Shown: piece by piece, positions 54,554-64,000 of the stretch
How the letters are laid out: each line of letters starts with the position of its first letter
Position numbering within the stretch: the first letter of the stretch is position 1
Assembly: GCF_009914755.1 (NCBI RefSeq)
Contig: NC_060932.1
Origin: the human T2T-CHM13v2.0 reference genome, Homo sapiens
DNA: 64,000 bases
Reading direction: 5' to 3' (one strand)
Made by a program: the position numbers and the translations under genes
The notes under the pieces: generated by a model
What the model was told of the DNA's origin: nothing
Database searches by the model: none
Seen by the model: only the letters and a program-made list of their open reading frames with translations

Positions 54554-54621
54554 TTAGGTTGGTACAAAAGTAATCACGGTTTTTGCCATTAAAACTGAAA
54601 ATTACTTTTGCACCAACCCAA
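54554..54621. mobile_element. MADE1 (Hsmar1-derived MITE)
   Basis: TIRs ttaggttggtacaaaagtaat and attacttttgcaccaacccaa. Confidence 0.9.
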
Positions 54622-55899
54622 TATGAAAAAAAAATAAAGCACCTTAAATACTAGAACTCCACTCGGGGCTTTTGCTCCTAGAGTAGAATTGGCGGGAAAT
54701 GCCTGCAGGCTTACATGGTTTTCTTTGTTTTTCTCTCCCACCATGTCCCTTTTGGCCAAGCTCACATGGTGGGTTTGAATGAGTTAAATGAGTGTCATGC
54801 TGTGGCCTCACTCCACCCAGCATAGACGGGTGTTTGGAAGGGTGGCATTAGAGGAGATTCTAGAAGCAGTAGCCCCAGCACAAGTTGAGCCCTTGGCCCC
54901 TGCTCAGCAGCCGGCTCCTGGATGGGATTCAGGGATGCGAGCCCCTCGTGTGAGCTGAGCTCAGGGAATGTGGGGATCAAATCTGGTGTCCTAGAAAAGT
55001 CATCTTTTATGTGCTGAACCAGTCCCCAGGGGGTTGCCTTTACTTGTTCCATGGCCATGGAATTAAGAAAAACATGCAAAAGTAATTCTTCAGTACTTGA
55101 AGAGCATCCAGCACAGAAGGTACAAACCTTCCTTAAGGCTCCCTCCTCAAATCGGTTTGGTCATTTTGATGTGCACCCCCCCAGGCCTTTATACCCTTCA
55201 GATGCCAAATCTAAGAACCAGCTCCCAGAAACCACACCCCCTGTTCCAAACCCCAGCCTGGCTTGAGCGTGGGGTGGGTGGGATCCCAGCTGGGCACCCC
55301 AGGAGTCTGGTGTCTTCCCCAGGCAGCTCTCAGGCTCCCTTGGTTCTGTCTGCAGTTTACATGAGCTGGTGAAACATGTAGAAAATGGCCTGATCTTTGA
55401 GGAGTCAGAGGAACTGGCAGCTCAGCTGCAGGTAGCCATGTCTGCCACCACGCCAGGGTGGGCAGGGTTCTGGAGACTGGCATCGAGCCACGCTCCCTGA
55501 TCCCTGCTTCCCACAGCCAGGGTGGGACCATGGGGGGTCTGGTGGAAAAGCTAGTGGGGGAGCAGAAGTCACAGAGGCCTCCTACTCTGCTGTCCCATTT
55601 CGGTACAGTAGGCTCGGGAAAGTTAGGACACAACCCCACCTGCCCTCTGGATTTATGGAGCTGACACTCCATAAACGATGCTGGAGCCGGGTGGGCCGGG
55701 CTGCAGTTTAGGAAGTGATCGGATCAGGTAGGTGCGTGGGCAAAGGGAACTTCTGGGACCAGCCTTGAAAGATGGGTGGAATTCTGCAAAGGTTACTTGT
55801 TTCTTATTGCAAAAAGTAATACATCATTCTTGTCAACAGAATGATTGGGAGGATTTTCAGTAAATGTCCAGGTCAGAAGTCATTTAGACAGGGTACCCC

Positions 55900-56053
55900 A
55901 GTCTCTGTCAGAACCATGGTACTCTGTTGTGGTGTGAAAGTAGCCACAGATCATCTGTAGATTAAGGGGTGTGGCTTTGTTCCAACAAAGCTTTATTTAC
56001 AAACACAGGCTGTGGGCTGGATTTGGCCTGCAGGCTGTAGTTTGTGATCCTTG
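55900..56053. mobile_element. MER58A-like hAT element
   Basis: gtgtggctttgttccaacaaagctttatttacaaacacagg...ggatttggcc. Confidence 0.7.
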
Positions 56054-56952
56054 ATTCAGACAGTTTAGCAAGGCTGAAAAGAACACCCACACCCCCTTGT
56101 TACCCACAGATGGGTGGGACTGTGTTGGCCAGAGGCCGAGAGGAGGGTGCTCACAGGGGAACGTACAGCATGTAGAGGCCGGAAGGTGCTCCAGGGCACC
56201 AAGTGTGGGAAAGTGGGACATACGGGGAAGTTTCCAGAAAGCATGATGTCAAGTTGGAAGTGGAGCGCTGCTGGGTTGTGAAGGGTCTCAAGTCCAAGTG
56301 AGGGGGGTTGTGAAGGGTCTCAAGTCCAAGTGAGGGAGTTAGGGACTTGGGAGGGGTTGTTGTTGGGTCGGGGACCTGGGGTCATCCAAGTGGTGACCTG
56401 GGATGGGGTGGGGACAGGCAATGAGTTAAGCTCTGCTCTTTAGCATTTTGCAGATGCTTTTCTCAAACTTTTCTGATCCTGCAGGCAAGCTAAGCCAGTT
56501 CTGGAAGAACCTGCAAGAGTCTCAGCAGCTCTGATGGGATGAGAGCTGGGTGCAGACTGTGCTCCCTTTGGTTATGGACACATAACTCCTGGGCCAGAGG
56601 CTAAAACCCCAGGGCCCCTGCTGTCCTTCCCGCAGCTTCTTGGAGTCTCAGGGCAAAGCCTTTCGAGCAGCGCCTCCCAGTGGCCAGAAGCTGAAATGAC
56701 GGCAGTGGTGTCACCTGGTGAATGACCCGGGAAGCTGTGGTTGGCCCTGATTTCTTCTTTGGAGTCTCTGAAATGCTTCCTGTCTTCTGTTCTTCATGCC
56801 CCATGCCCCTGCTAGCGTATTACTGTTCTGTGACTTCCCTGTGACCTCTGCAGTACTCCTCATCCTGCATTTGGTCTCCAGGTGTCACCTTTCTGCCGTG
56901 TTCCTAACACTTTCATTCCTGTCTTGAAAAAAGCGCCTGCTGCACCATAAGC

Positions 56953-57163
56953 CCTGGGATGTGGCAGCTGCAGCGGGCTTGGCTTTGTGAGGAACCGAGT
57001 GTGTCCAGGGATGTGGCAGCTGCAGCGGGCTTGGCTTTGTGAGGAACCGAGTGTGTCCAGGGATGTGGCAGCTGCAGCGGGCTTGGCTTTGTGAGGAACC
57101 GAGTGTGTCCAGGGATGTGGCAGCTGCAGCGGGCTTGGCTTTCTGAGGAACCGAGTGTGTCCA
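56953..57163. repeat. 52-bp VNTR, 4 copies
   Basis: gggatgtggcagctgcagcgggcttggctttgtgaggaaccgagtgtgtcca at 56956, 57008, 57060 and 57112. Confidence 0.95.
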
Positions 57164-57471
57164 CGTTGGGGGAACGTCATCCTTGATACACACGTTTTTA
57201 TTTGCAGAAAGAAAATGCTATTTTTGGAGCTAGAATTTTCATGTCTGATTTATGATGATTTTCTTGAGAACCAGAACTGCTGGCAGAAAGGGGGCACCCA
57301 CACGCCTAGACAGCTAATGTCTTATTAGAGGGCAGTTTTGATTCCTGATTTGGAGTTTAATAATCTCCAAACATTCCAGTCCAATGAAAGTTTTATCCAC
57401 TTTCCCATATAAAAATTCTTCCCACGAGAGTGACTTGATTCTCACAATCCCTTTGGAGTCATGTGTGAGTC

Positions 57472-63743
<6,272 letters not shown>

Positions 63744-64000
63744 CTACGGCAAAGGACAGAACGTTGGTTGCTTGAGAGCCCGTCTTAAGTCTCCTATGAG
63801 CTTCAAGCCAACACAGCAGAGGGCAAACTCCAGGCTACCCGATCCCTCAGCAAAGATGCAGATGGACACAGCGTTCTGGCCCCATGCATCTGAAGTTTGT
63901 CTTAAGATATAAGCCGTTTCCTAAAAATGCTTCCACTGCAGTGGCACAGGCTATGGCAGCATTTCTAATGCCCATTCTGAGCAGGAACACAGGGCATGTG

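Larger units (their letters stand above)
52579..56585 (+). pseudogene. ALG1L12P: ALG1-like unprocessed pseudogene (ALG1 exons 10-13)
   Basis: Exons 52579-52689 ([18 protein letters not shown]), 54232-54346 ([14 protein letters not shown]), 55356-55431 (LHELVKH) and 56454-56585 (ESWVQTVLPLVMDT*). Stops at 52656-52658 and 56532-56534. Paralog number inferred. Confidence 0.88.

Noticed and set aside
56273-56336. 32-bp tandem duplication in the ALG1L intron
   Set aside because: Real but trivial; no functional hint
56953-57163. CRISPR-like array
   Set aside because: Head-to-tail repeats without unique spacers, in a human context: a VNTR

Overview
Human (AluYb8-bearing) genomic DNA from the 8p23.1-type segmental-duplication mosaic. 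The gene order USP17L relics - DEFB109 - FAM90A - ALG1L - FAM86B best fits the FAM66A/DEFB109A/FAM90A25P/ALG1L12P/FAM86B2 block, but paralogous blocks exist, so the exact copy is inferred and not proven. Left to right: (1) an HSMAR2 mariner and an antisense L1. (2) A short decayed RS447/USP17 array (period 4718 bp) with two disabled USP17L copies, older diverged spacer paralogs at both edges, and an AluYb8 in one unit. (3) A second antisense L1, a THE1/MST LTR and an old L1 5' region. (4) A two-exon DEFB109 beta-defensin pseudogene (S14*). (5) About 11 kb of ordinary repeat-rich DNA. (6) One 7.63-kb FAM90A unit (single nonsense S267*) with a HERV-K LTR5A solo LTR and a TATA + perfect DUX4-site promoter. 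(7) An ALG1 3' pseudogene (exons 10-13) tail-to-tail with exons 3-8 of FAM86B2 (EEF2KMT paralog), whose exon-3 donor reads AT instead of GT. I see no new self-contained biological system. The most interesting signals are the shared DUX-type promoter layout, fossil array edges, near-intact pseudogenes, the donor mutation and a 30-bp templated insertion. All coordinates and identities were read by eye; repeat subfamily calls are from memory of consensus sequences.
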